A stretch of DNA of 64,000 nt from Opitutales bacterium (lineage in GTDB: Bacteria; Verrucomicrobiota; Verrucomicrobiia; Opitutales; JAVBMG01): contig JAVBMG010000014.1 of assembly GCA_031552815.1 (NCBI GenBank), positions 77,251 through 141,250 of the forward strand, read 5' to 3'. A program made the position numbers and the translations under genes. Below the pieces are notes generated by a model. The model was given only the letters and a program-made list of their open reading frames with translations, ran no database searches and was not told the origin of the DNA. Of the stretch, positions 1-8,619 are shown one piece after another; the stretch's first letter is position 1, and each line of letters opens with the position of its first letter.

Positions 1-479
1 CCTTCGGACAGATGGGTGAAGTGCTCTGTATGTTCCTGATTCCGCTCTTCTTTGTCCGCCTCGGTGCAAAATGGATGCTTGCGGTCGGCATGTTCGCCTG
101 GATTCTCCGTTACGGCTTCTTCGGCTATGCCGCAAGCAGCGGAATCCTCTGGATGGTCGTTGCCGGTGTGATCCTCCACGGTATCTGTTACGACTTCTTC
201 TTTGTCACGGGGCAAATCTATACCGACCAACGGACCAGCAAGTCTGTCCGAGCGCAAGCCCAAGGCTTTCTGGTATTCCTCACGCAAGGTGTCGGCATGC
301 TCATCGGCGCACAGATCATGCAGCTGATCTACAACCGCTCCGTGAACCAATACACGGATTTGCCGAGCCGTATGGCAGAATGGGATAAATTCTGGTATAT
401 CCCGGCCATCTTTGCCGCTGTCGTGCTTGTCCTTTTCATCATTCTTTTCAAGGTCGACAAGCGTCCGGAAGCAGCGTAG
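1..479 (+). CDS. MFS nucleoside:H+ symporter-like transporter, C-terminal part (5' end lies outside the window)
   Basis: The reading frame is open to the window edge. The product is TM-rich and contains GICYDFFFVTGQIYTDQ, which resembles NupG/XapB-type transporters. The family call is from memory. Confidence 0.55.
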   Translation, partial: FGQMGEVLCMFLIPLFFVRLGAKWMLAVGMFAWILRYGFFGYAASSGILWMVVAGVILHGICYDFFFVTGQIYTDQRTSKSVRAQAQGFLVFLTQGVGMLIGAQIMQLIYNRSVNQYTDLPSRMAEWDKFWYIPAIFAAVVLVLFIILFKVDKRPEAA

Positions 480-536
480 TCCTGAAACTTTTCCACCCTA
501 GAAACCGTTAATAAAGTTTAAATTAGTTTAAATCAT

Positions 537-1181
537 ATGTCTAACGATACTAAAAATCCATCAGGCGCTTCAACCGAATCGTCTCCGCGTTTTTATCCTG
601 CAGAAAACACAAGTTCCTGCTGTTCAGACAAAGCCAAGGATTCCCAGGAATCCTGCTGCTGCAGCAAGGAAGGCCAAAACGGCTGCGGTTGCGGCTGCGA
701 AAGCAAATGCCCGTGCGCTTGCGGAAGCGCCCTGGGAGCGTTTGTGCTCAGACTCAGCGTGGGACTGATCACGCTCGTAAACGGTCTCACCAAGTTTATC
801 GGCACAAAAACTTCCTTTGTTTCCGACGGTGAATACGGCGAACGCGAAGTGATTGAGAAAGTGTTCGGGCCTTCGGCTTATTCCGCAAACATGGAAACTT
901 ACCGCAACCTGTTTTCCGGTATTTTCCCTGATTTCCTTCTCAACCTGTTCCTTGCGGTATTGGGTTATGCGCTCGTCCTCCTCGGCGTGACATTGATCCT
1001 CGGTCTTTTCAAGAAAACCAGCCTCATGCTGACAGCGTTCCTCTACATGGCGCTGATGTTCGGCTTGCTGATGATCAAGCAGGAAGCAGGCGTATGTTAT
1101 CTGGCGGTTTATCTGGCAATGATCGCAGGCGCACTTGTCCTGACCAAGAAAGACCGCATTGCTGTCTGCAAATGCTTCTAA
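537..1181 (+). CDS. DoxX-like integral membrane protein with a cysteine-rich (metallothionein-like) N-terminal tail
   Basis: ATG at 537. Residues about 28-63 read CCSDKAKDSQESCCCSKEGQNGCGCGCESKCPCAC (11 Cys). About four hydrophobic helices follow, and the protein ends in CKCF. Confidence 0.5.
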   Translation: MSNDTKNPSGASTESSPRFYPAENTSSCCSDKAKDSQESCCCSKEGQNGCGCGCESKCPCACGSALGAFVLRLSVGLITLVNGLTKFIGTKTSFVSDGEYGEREVIEKVFGPSAYSANMETYRNLFSGIFPDFLLNLFLAVLGYALVLLGVTLILGLFKKTSLMLTAFLYMALMFGLLMIKQEAGVCYLAVYLAMIAGALVLTKKDRIAVCKCF

Positions 1182-1200
1182 TATAACTACCGCTTCTATC

Positions 1201-2550
1201 ATGAAAAAGATGAATTTTCTGGCTAGCCGCCGTGATTTCTTAAAAAAGACAAGCATTCTCGGCGGTAGCATGATTCTGGGAGCTCCGGCAATACTCAACG
1301 CCCAGAATAAGAGCGATGAGGTGCTCAATATTGCTGTTGTCGGTCTCGGAGAACAGGGAACTGTTCTGCTCACCGCCATCCAGGACATCCCGAACATCAA
1401 TGTACAGGCTGTCTGCGATATCTGGAACTACAAGCTGACACCGACCCAGCGCCGCCTGAAGGCCTTGGGCAAACATGACCCGAAGGCTTATTCCGATTAC
1501 CGCGAAATGCTCGACAAGGAAAAGGGATTGCACGCGGTCGTGGTCGCCACACCGGATTTCTGGCATGCTCCCGTCACCAATGACGCATTGAAAGCGGGTC
1601 TGCATGTTTACTGCGAAAAAATGATGTCCAATACCATTGAAGGAGCCAAGTCCATGGTCCGCACCATGCGCGAGACCGGAAAGCTTCTCCAGATCGGACA
1701 CCAGCGCCGCAGCAATCCGCGCTACCGTTATGTGCTCAACGAGCTCATCAAGAAGCATAATATCACGGGACGCATCATGAATGCCAACGCGCAATGGAAC
1801 CGCGGCGTGGGCAATTCCAAGGATTTGACCTGGGACAAAAAATACGAACTGTCCAAGGAAGACCTGAGCAAATGGGGGTTTGAAAACATGTACGAATTCC
1901 GCAACTGGCGCTGGTTCAAGCGTTACGGCGGCGGACCGATCTCCGACCTCGGAGCGCACCAGATCGACATTTTCCCATGGTTCTTCCAGGGCCGTCCGAA
2001 AAGCATCATGGCTATCGGCGGGAACGAATACTACACAGGCCGCGAATTGCCGGCAAACGTGATGGTACTCTATGAATGGAACACACCGGACGGCATCGCC
2101 CGCGCATTCTACCAGGTTCTGACCACCACCAGCGCAGGCGGCGGTTACTGGGAAATGTTCATGGGAGACAACGCAGCCATCAAGATATCCGAAGACGAAA
2201 GCATCACCCGTATTTTCGGTGAAGGCCACGTGGACAAGAAAGTCTGGGACAAACTGGTTTCGGAAGGTATCCTGAAAAGGCGCAAGACGGAAGCTTACGT
2301 TGCGAAGGAAGGTGAAGACCCGCGCCTCGCAGCAAGTAAGAATGTCCCGGAATTTGACTTGCCGGTGATCTTCCGCAAACGCATTCACCAGCCGCACCTG
2401 GAGAACTTCTTTGACGCAATCCGCGGAAAAGCGCACCTGAACTGCCCGGCAGACCACGCATTTGAATGCGAATTGGCTGTCTATAAGGTACAGGAAGCAA
2501 TTGCCGCAAAGACACAGTTGCTCTTTAAGGAAGAAGACTTTATCGTGTGA
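1201..2550 (+). CDS. Gfo/Idh/MocA family oxidoreductase with a twin-arginine (Tat) signal
   Basis: N-terminus MKKMNFLASRRDFLKKTSILGG is a Tat signal. A Rossmann motif VVGLGEQG is present, and the C-terminal domain is typical of this family. The ORF track starts at 1159; ATG 1201 is preferred. Confidence 0.85.
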   Translation: MKKMNFLASRRDFLKKTSILGGSMILGAPAILNAQNKSDEVLNIAVVGLGEQGTVLLTAIQDIPNINVQAVCDIWNYKLTPTQRRLKALGKHDPKAYSDYREMLDKEKGLHAVVVATPDFWHAPVTNDALKAGLHVYCEKMMSNTIEGAKSMVRTMRETGKLLQIGHQRRSNPRYRYVLNELIKKHNITGRIMNANAQWNRGVGNSKDLTWDKKYELSKEDLSKWGFENMYEFRNWRWFKRYGGGPISDLGAHQIDIFPWFFQGRPKSIMAIGGNEYYTGRELPANVMVLYEWNTPDGIARAFYQVLTTTSAGGGYWEMFMGDNAAIKISEDESITRIFGEGHVDKKVWDKLVSEGILKRRKTEAYVAKEGEDPRLAASKNVPEFDLPVIFRKRIHQPHLENFFDAIRGKAHLNCPADHAFECELAVYKVQEAIAAKTQLLFKEEDFIV

Positions 2551-2569
2551 ACCGAATAAGATTATAAAA

Positions 2570-3298
2570 ATGAAATATTTATCCAGTCTGACCATGATCC
2601 TCGCAGCGTTCATCCTGAGCGCCTGCGGCGATGACAACAAGAATGCGCCAAAAAGCGAAGGTACACCGGCACCCAGCTCGTCTTCCGCATCCGCTCCGGC
2701 ATCGGGAAGCACGATCAAGCTCGAGATTCCTTCGGAAGAACTTATCGGCACACCGGTTCCTTTCGAACTGCCTAACCTGGCTCCAGGAGGCGTTATTTCG
2801 CACCCGGCGATCTCTATTCCCAGCGACGTGAAGAACATCGCCCTCGGAAAGGAAGTTACCAGCAGCGACGATTTCCCGATCAACGGCGAACTTGAATTCC
2901 TCACGGACGGCAAAAAACGCGCATCCGGTGAATTCGTTCTCGAACTCGGACCCGGACGCCAATGGATACAGGTTGACCTCGGCGAAAAGTCGGAAGTTTA
3001 CGGTATTGCCCTCTGGCACTTCCATTCGCAGAAGCGCGCCTATCTTGACGTCGTCATCCAGATCTCCGACGATCCTGATTTTGTAAACGGCGTAACCACA
3101 CTCTTTAATAATGATGACGATAACAGTTCCGGACTCGGCAAGGGCACAGACTATGCCTATACCGAAACCAACTCGGGATTGCTTATTGACGCAAAAAAAT
3201 CGCTCGGCCGTTATATTCGTCTTTACAGCAACGGAAATACAACCGATAAATTGAATCATTACATTGAAGTGGAAGTCTACGGACGTCCCGCCAAATAA
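2570..3298 (+). CDS. Lipoprotein with an F5/8 type C (discoidin, galactose-binding-like) domain
   Basis: Internal ATG at 2570 gives MKYLSSLTMILAAFILSAC with a lipobox. The C-terminal part (WIQVDLG...YIRLYSNGN...VEVYG) is discoidin-like. Confidence 0.6.
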   Translation: MKYLSSLTMILAAFILSACGDDNKNAPKSEGTPAPSSSSASAPASGSTIKLEIPSEELIGTPVPFELPNLAPGGVISHPAISIPSDVKNIALGKEVTSSDDFPINGELEFLTDGKKRASGEFVLELGPGRQWIQVDLGEKSEVYGIALWHFHSQKRAYLDVVIQISDDPDFVNGVTTLFNNDDDNSSGLGKGTDYAYTETNSGLLIDAKKSLGRYIRLYSNGNTTDKLNHYIEVEVYGRPAK

Positions 3299-3346
3299 TT
3301 TGAACTCCTCTATTGGATAGGAGGAGCTTCATGGGATAATAAGCAA

Positions 3347-3376
3347 GGCGGTAGCATGGGGGACCATGCTACCGTT
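3347..3376 (+). terminator. Hairpin built from an inverted pair of the 9-mer motif (CGGTAGCATGG-ggga-CCATGCTACCG)
   Basis: An 11-bp perfect stem with a 4-nt loop lies 50 nt after the stop at 3298. It is followed by the T-rich sequence ttacttgtttcc. A smaller hairpin (CTCCTC/GAGGAG) sits at 3305-3326. Confidence 0.4.
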
Positions 3377-3475
3377 ACTTGTTTCCGGATGCCGCCTTCC
3401 CTGCGCCTTTCACCGTTTGACCGCCGGCATTCCCTGTTGCCTTTGCAATCATTATTTATACGCTGGTAAAAAGAG

Positions 3476-5224
3476 ATGAGTCGTTTTTTAGCATATCTGG
3501 CATTCGTGTTTATTCTTGTCGCGGGAATCTTTGTACGCTTTGACCAGCTTTCTCTCAAGCCGCTCCACGCAGACGAAGCCGTGCAGGCGACCCAACTGTC
3601 CACATTGATGGATGAAGGTGTCTACGCCTTTAACCCCAGGCATGCGCACGGCCCGACGCTCTACTATCTTTCAGATTTCCTCCTGAAAAGCATCGGTGTG
3701 GAATCCGGAGCCGGTTTAGACGAGACAAATCTCCGGTATTTTCCCGCTCTCTGCGGATGCCTGCTGTTGCTTGTTGCGCTATGCTACCGCCGCCTGCTCA
3801 CGCCGGGAGGACTCCTGTTCGCCGGCCTCTGTTTGGCCTTTTCTCCCGCTCTGGTTTACTACAGCCGCTATTTCATACAGGAAATGTTTTTCACGCTTAC
3901 TGTCACGGTTTTTGTGATTTCATTCGGCGAACTGTTCACAAACGGCAGAACCGTCAATGAATACCCCAAATGGCTATTTCTTGTCATGGGGTGCGCACTC
4001 GGCCTTGCCCATGCCACAAAGGAAACTGTTCTCGTTTCCGGATTAGCTGTTTTTCCCGCCTTACTGTTAAGCTTTGGTCCAGGAAAAACGGCGACGGCCT
4101 TTTCGCAATTATTCAAAGGCATTCTCCGGCTCCCGATACTGATTTTCCCTATCGCGGCGATCCTCTGTTCGACGGCCTTCTATTCCTCCTTCGGCACCAA
4201 TTTTCAGGGCATTCTCGACAGTTTTACGACATTTTTCTCCTACGAAGTCATGCCAGGCCATGAAAAACCATGGTACTACTTTTTTCAGCTATGGGGCATC
4301 GGCGAACTCAGAGGCGGTTTTTATTGGGGAGAATCCATTCTTTTCCTTGGCGGCAGCATGGGTTTGATTCTCGCCCATTTTCCGTCTGCCGCAGAATACG
4401 GTAAGGATCTCAGGCCCTTGCGCTTTATCGGCATTTACGGATGGATCTGCCTGATCATCTATTCATGCGTTGCCTATAAAACACCGTGGCTCATTGTCAG
4501 CATCATTCCCTCTTTCTGTATCCTTTCAGGATACGCCTTCGGCCGCCTCACGGGTAATACGCGCAATATACAGACCCAGGCAGGCATGATACTGGCCTCC
4601 GTGCTGATCCTTGTCATCGGCATCATGCTTTCCCAGCCGATTTCCCTCGGAGCGCTTCTCTTCGGACAAAGCCAGGAAACAAAACGACTGGTTTCTGGCA
4701 TGCTACCGTCGAAGTTTGTTTTGACTGCCATTGCCTGCATTCCCGTATTCTACGGGCTCCTGTCAATTCTCATCCAGCAGATCCGCCGGCGTTACTTCAG
4801 GATTCACTGGAGGACAATGCAGGTCCTTGCTGGAAGCTTTCTCTTCCTCTTCTGCCTGTACACACTCGGCACACAGGTTTTTCTCGGGAATTACGTTTTT
4901 CATTCCGATCCGCGAAATCCTTATGCGTATTCGGCCACAGCCGAAGATATCCACCGCCTGGTCAGGGACATGAACGCATTCCGGCAGGCACACCAGGAAC
5001 CGACCGTCTACGTTTACGCCAACAACTCCTGGCCGCTTCCCTGGTATATCCGGGATTTTCCCCAGGCTGCCTACTGGAAAGACCAGACATTCCGTCCGGA
5101 CGCAGACATCTACATTTTTGTTTCCGACCGTGCTTTCCCGTTCAAGCCCGATGAGGAAAAATACACCGTGCAGTTTTACGGGTTACGCTCGGAAATTCCC
5201 GCAGCGGTTTACTACCGGAAATAA
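3476..5224 (+). CDS. Polytopic membrane glycosyltransferase-like protein (GT39/ArnT-like, TIGR03663-like)
   Basis: 582 aa with more than 10 predicted TM helices. The N-terminal LHADEA...HGPTLYY motif is typical of this family. Confidence 0.55.
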   Translation: MSRFLAYLAFVFILVAGIFVRFDQLSLKPLHADEAVQATQLSTLMDEGVYAFNPRHAHGPTLYYLSDFLLKSIGVESGAGLDETNLRYFPALCGCLLLLVALCYRRLLTPGGLLFAGLCLAFSPALVYYSRYFIQEMFFTLTVTVFVISFGELFTNGRTVNEYPKWLFLVMGCALGLAHATKETVLVSGLAVFPALLLSFGPGKTATAFSQLFKGILRLPILIFPIAAILCSTAFYSSFGTNFQGILDSFTTFFSYEVMPGHEKPWYYFFQLWGIGELRGGFYWGESILFLGGSMGLILAHFPSAAEYGKDLRPLRFIGIYGWICLIIYSCVAYKTPWLIVSIIPSFCILSGYAFGRLTGNTRNIQTQAGMILASVLILVIGIMLSQPISLGALLFGQSQETKRLVSGMLPSKFVLTAIACIPVFYGLLSILIQQIRRRYFRIHWRTMQVLAGSFLFLFCLYTLGTQVFLGNYVFHSDPRNPYAYSATAEDIHRLVRDMNAFRQAHQEPTVYVYANNSWPLPWYIRDFPQAAYWKDQTFRPDADIYIFVSDRAFPFKPDEEKYTVQFYGLRSEIPAAVYYRK

Positions 5225-5285
5225 AAATCAAAAGAAAGCAAATGACCGGCTTGTCCGTTTTTCACGAACCCATACCTTATTAAAC

Positions 5286-6176
5286 ATGCCTAAACAGAAA
5301 TTCAATTTCTCACGTCATGCTACCGCCACCACATGGAATATCCATCTGTTCCATGAAGACAGGGATTTCGCTGAGTCTATCGCCAACGAATCCTTCCGTA
5401 AAATCGAGAAACTTGAAGCTGACCTCAGTCGCTTCAAAACCGGAAGCGATATCATGCGCATAAACCGGATGGAAGTCGACGAAACCATCACGATTTCCCA
5501 GGAAACCTACGACTGCCTCAGGGAAGCCATGGTATTCGCCGCACTGACAAACGGCGGGTTTGATCCGGGTCTGGGCACCGTCATGGACATGATACGCACG
5601 AGCCAGGGAACCTTTCCGGAAGCATTCGTATCCGGCGTTTCCGATCCCGGACAGTTGCTGATCCATGAGGACAAGCCCGCGGTCACCTGCCTCTCCGAAG
5701 GTATAAACATTGACCTTGGCGGTATCGGAAAAGGATTCATCATTGATCATATTGTATCCTTCATCCAGGAAGAACACGGCATCGAATGCGGCATGGTTGA
5801 CGGCGGAGGCAGCAGTATTTACGCATGGCATAACGGGGAAACAACGTGGAAATTCCGTCTGGGCAACGAAAATGATCTGAGGCGCATCGACCTGAACGGT
5901 TTCTCCATCAGTTGCTCCAGTTTTTCCGAAAAAGGAGCACACATCATCAATCCGATCACCAAACAGTTTGCCCCGCTCGAAAAGCAGGTATGGACCTTTG
6001 CCCCCTGCGCCACCTGGGCCGACGCACTCTCCACGGCATTCATGGTGCTCAACGAGGAGGAGACGAAACGCTGCTGCGACGAAAACACAGACCTTCAGAT
6101 CGGCTGTCTGATCGAGACAAAGAAAAACGCCAAAAAACTGAAAGCATTCGGCTGGCTGCCAAACTTTGACAAATAA
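5286..6176 (+). CDS. apbE: FAD:protein FMN transferase (ApbE family)
   Basis: DLGGIGKGFIIDH motif, SRFKTGSDIMRINR near the N-terminus, and ADALSTA near the C-terminus. The internal ATG at 5286 is preferred to the ORF-track start. Confidence 0.75.
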   Translation: MPKQKFNFSRHATATTWNIHLFHEDRDFAESIANESFRKIEKLEADLSRFKTGSDIMRINRMEVDETITISQETYDCLREAMVFAALTNGGFDPGLGTVMDMIRTSQGTFPEAFVSGVSDPGQLLIHEDKPAVTCLSEGINIDLGGIGKGFIIDHIVSFIQEEHGIECGMVDGGGSSIYAWHNGETTWKFRLGNENDLRRIDLNGFSISCSSFSEKGAHIINPITKQFAPLEKQVWTFAPCATWADALSTAFMVLNEEETKRCCDENTDLQIGCLIETKKNAKKLKAFGWLPNFDK

Positions 6177-6208
6177 ACGATAACAGGCTCCTGTTACCGT
6201 CGCATACT

Positions 6209-7015
6209 TCAAATCTTTTCTTCGGTTACCGTATTTGTCAGGCTGCCGATACTGTCGATTGTCACGGTCACCACATCGTCGGGCTGCAAAAAGAGACGCG
6301 GATCACGCGCCACGCCGACACCGCTCGGTGTTCCCGTCAGAATGACGCTGCCGGCAGGCAGTGTCGAACTTCCGCTCAGAAAAGCGATAATCTCCGCGAC
6401 CGAGAAAAGCATGTCCGAGGTGTTTGCCTCCTGCATGACTTTTCCGTTGAGCACCGTGCTGATTTTCAGATTTTGCGGATCGGGAATATCCTCCTTTGTG
6501 ACCAGACAGGGTCCCAAGGGACAAAAACTGTCAAATGATTTTGCACGGCAGAATTGGCCGCCGCCCAGTGTTTTCCCCTGCCATTCACGCGCACTCACAT
6601 CATTGGCGCAGGTATATCCCAAGACATAACTCAGGGCATTCTCCGGCGTCAGGTTTTTTGCCGTTCTTCCGATCACCACCGCTAATTCGCATTCGTAATC
6701 GACTTTTGTGCTCGCAAGAAAACGCGGCAATACGATCGGCTGTTCATGAGCATTCACGGCATTGATCGCCTTCATAAAGATCACCGGCTTGTTCGGTATT
6801 TCCGCGTGTGTCTCCTCAATGTGTTTTTTATAATTATGCCCCACCGCAAAAATCTGTACCGGATCAATCGGCGGAAGAAAACGCACGACCTCGGCTATTT
6901 CATCGGTTACCTTGAAGTTACCGGAACTGCCGTCGATTTTACAGAGCATCCCGTTGGCACCCTCGGTGGCAAACCCGACCGTGTTGTTTTTATCTGCATA
7001 ACGATAAAGCTTCAT
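6209..7015 (-). CDS. Fumarylacetoacetate hydrolase (FAH) family protein
   Basis: PVIFMKA...DYECELAVVIG...GTPSGVG motifs. ATG at 7015; the ORF-track start at 7024 is a GTG. Confidence 0.8.
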   Translation of the reverse strand: MKLYRYADKNNTVGFATEGANGMLCKIDGSSGNFKVTDEIAEVVRFLPPIDPVQIFAVGHNYKKHIEETHAEIPNKPVIFMKAINAVNAHEQPIVLPRFLASTKVDYECELAVVIGRTAKNLTPENALSYVLGYTCANDVSAREWQGKTLGGGQFCRAKSFDSFCPLGPCLVTKEDIPDPQNLKISTVLNGKVMQEANTSDMLFSVAEIIAFLSGSSTLPAGSVILTGTPSGVGVARDPRLFLQPDDVVTVTIDSIGSLTNTVTEEKI

Positions 7016-7090
7016 GAACACCACTATGCCTCAACGGCTGCGGAAATCAAAATCGAAAACAGTGATTTTGCACAACAGGCAAAACCTGAC

Positions 7091-8380
7091 TTACAGAATA
7101 TCTCCGATGGAACCGAAATTCGGATCAAAAAGCCGTTTGTACATGCGGATTGCCTGGGAATCCGTCAGCGAAGCGAGATAATCGCAAATCAGGCGTGGTT
7201 TCTGTCCATCGTCCGCGGCAAGAACCCATGAGTGATAACGATCAGGCAAGAGCGGCGTACTCTGCCCGCTGTAATTATCCAGCAATGTTTCAAACAACTG
7301 CCTCAGCATGTTACCGCCCTTATAGCGCATCTGCAAAATCTGCGGCGACTGGAAAATCAAATCAAAGGCCAACCGTTTGTACACATTGCATTCCTCACGG
7401 ATTGACGGATCAATTGCCAGGTCGAACTTATGACGGTTTGTCGGCACTTTTTCACTGCCTGGCCTGTGTTTCAAGGAACATGCCTTGATAAAACTGCCGA
7501 CCTTCAGGCTAAACTCGGTTTCCGTGCTGCCTTCATTGATACAGTCTATCAGACGCCCAAGGATGGCTTCCGTTGTCTGCGGCAAGTGTTTTTTCTCAAT
7601 GGATGCTACCGTGCTTTGGCGTTTCAGCCATTTGCGGATATTGCTTTCATTCAGAAACTTTCCGCGCAACCCATCCTGGATGTCATGCAACGAATAAGCC
7701 GTATCATCCGCCCAATCCATGATCTGGCATTCGATGCTTTTCTGCATCATTGCACTGAGTTTCTGCTTATCGGCTCCCTCGCAGCAGAAATCCAACCAGC
7801 AGGCCTGTTCATCGAATAAAAAATGGTTTTTCGGCGGTAATTGTCTTTCCCCGGCAAAAGCATCCCTGTGAAGCCGTTTGTATTTCAGGATGCCGTCAAT
7901 CAACGCACGGGTCGGTCGCATCCCATAGGAACCTTCGTCACGCTCGTAAATGGTTTCCGTCAGCAAACGCAACGTCTGCGCATTGCCCTCAAAGCCGCCC
8001 TGTTCGCACATCAGTTCATTCAAGGCTGCCTCACCCGTATGGCCGAACGGCGGATGGCCGATATCATGCGCCAGACCGACAGCCTCGCACAAATCCGAAT
8101 CAATGTAAAAATCGGGTCTCAACGCCGGATTACTTGCCTTTAAGTATTCACAAATCGAACGGCAGATTCGGGCGACTTCCATCGAATGCGTCAGCCGCGT
8201 ATGGTAAAAGTCATATTCGCCTGTCTGGAATACCTGGGTTTTTGATTGCAGCTTCCGGAACGCATAGGAAAAAAGAATCCGGTCGCGGTCGATCTGGAAC
8301 GGAGTCCGGTGATCGCTGCCGCGCGATTTTCTGCTCTCGGCGTAAGCAATATCGAAATCATTGTAAAACGCATTATCCAT
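7091..8380 (-). CDS. dgt: dGTP triphosphohydrolase-like HD-domain protein
   Basis: RTPFQIDRDRILFS, HTRLTHSMEV and HDIGHPPFGH motifs. Confidence 0.85.
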   Translation of the reverse strand: MDNAFYNDFDIAYAESRKSRGSDHRTPFQIDRDRILFSYAFRKLQSKTQVFQTGEYDFYHTRLTHSMEVARICRSICEYLKASNPALRPDFYIDSDLCEAVGLAHDIGHPPFGHTGEAALNELMCEQGGFEGNAQTLRLLTETIYERDEGSYGMRPTRALIDGILKYKRLHRDAFAGERQLPPKNHFLFDEQACWLDFCCEGADKQKLSAMMQKSIECQIMDWADDTAYSLHDIQDGLRGKFLNESNIRKWLKRQSTVASIEKKHLPQTTEAILGRLIDCINEGSTETEFSLKVGSFIKACSLKHRPGSEKVPTNRHKFDLAIDPSIREECNVYKRLAFDLIFQSPQILQMRYKGGNMLRQLFETLLDNYSGQSTPLLPDRYHSWVLAADDGQKPRLICDYLASLTDSQAIRMYKRLFDPNFGSIGDIL

Positions 8381-8619
8381 CAGGCAAAAGAATATGCTCT
8401 CCTTTAAAACAGATTTTCTTTAAAAAGCGAACAGCAAAGCGACGGTAGCATACAGGAAGCAAAATCCCCGCGAGCCAAACTCGTTGTACCTTCACGGCTT
8501 CACCTATCCGATTTTCCTCCGTGTTATCCTGTTCTGTTTCTTTTCTTATAACTATTCTTGCCGGCAGGTGTTTTAAATACGAACGGAAACAAATTCGATA
8601 TCCTATTTTTATCACAGTC

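Noticed and set aside
1240-2913. 557-aa ORF on the minus strand. Similar long antisense ORFs occur at 18192-19136 (-), 21778-22734 (+), 31335-31898 (-), 55688-56299 (-) and 10105-10440 (-).
   Set aside because: Each lies entirely antisense to a gene with clear family motifs (oxidoreductase, nadB, topB, recN, glgB, GH2). Their translations are low-complexity and Arg/Ala/Gly-rich with no recognisable motifs. They are typical shadow ORFs of moderately GC-rich coding DNA.
8521-8619. N-terminal extensions suggested by the ORF track. The same occurs at 1159, 2462, 5118, 46061, 54116, 59890, 62003, 16938, 23964, 54232, 58943 and 62080.
   Set aside because: Internal ATG starts give canonical signal peptides, lipoboxes or family N-termini. 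They also remove overlaps with neighbouring genes, and several extended starts are non-ATG.
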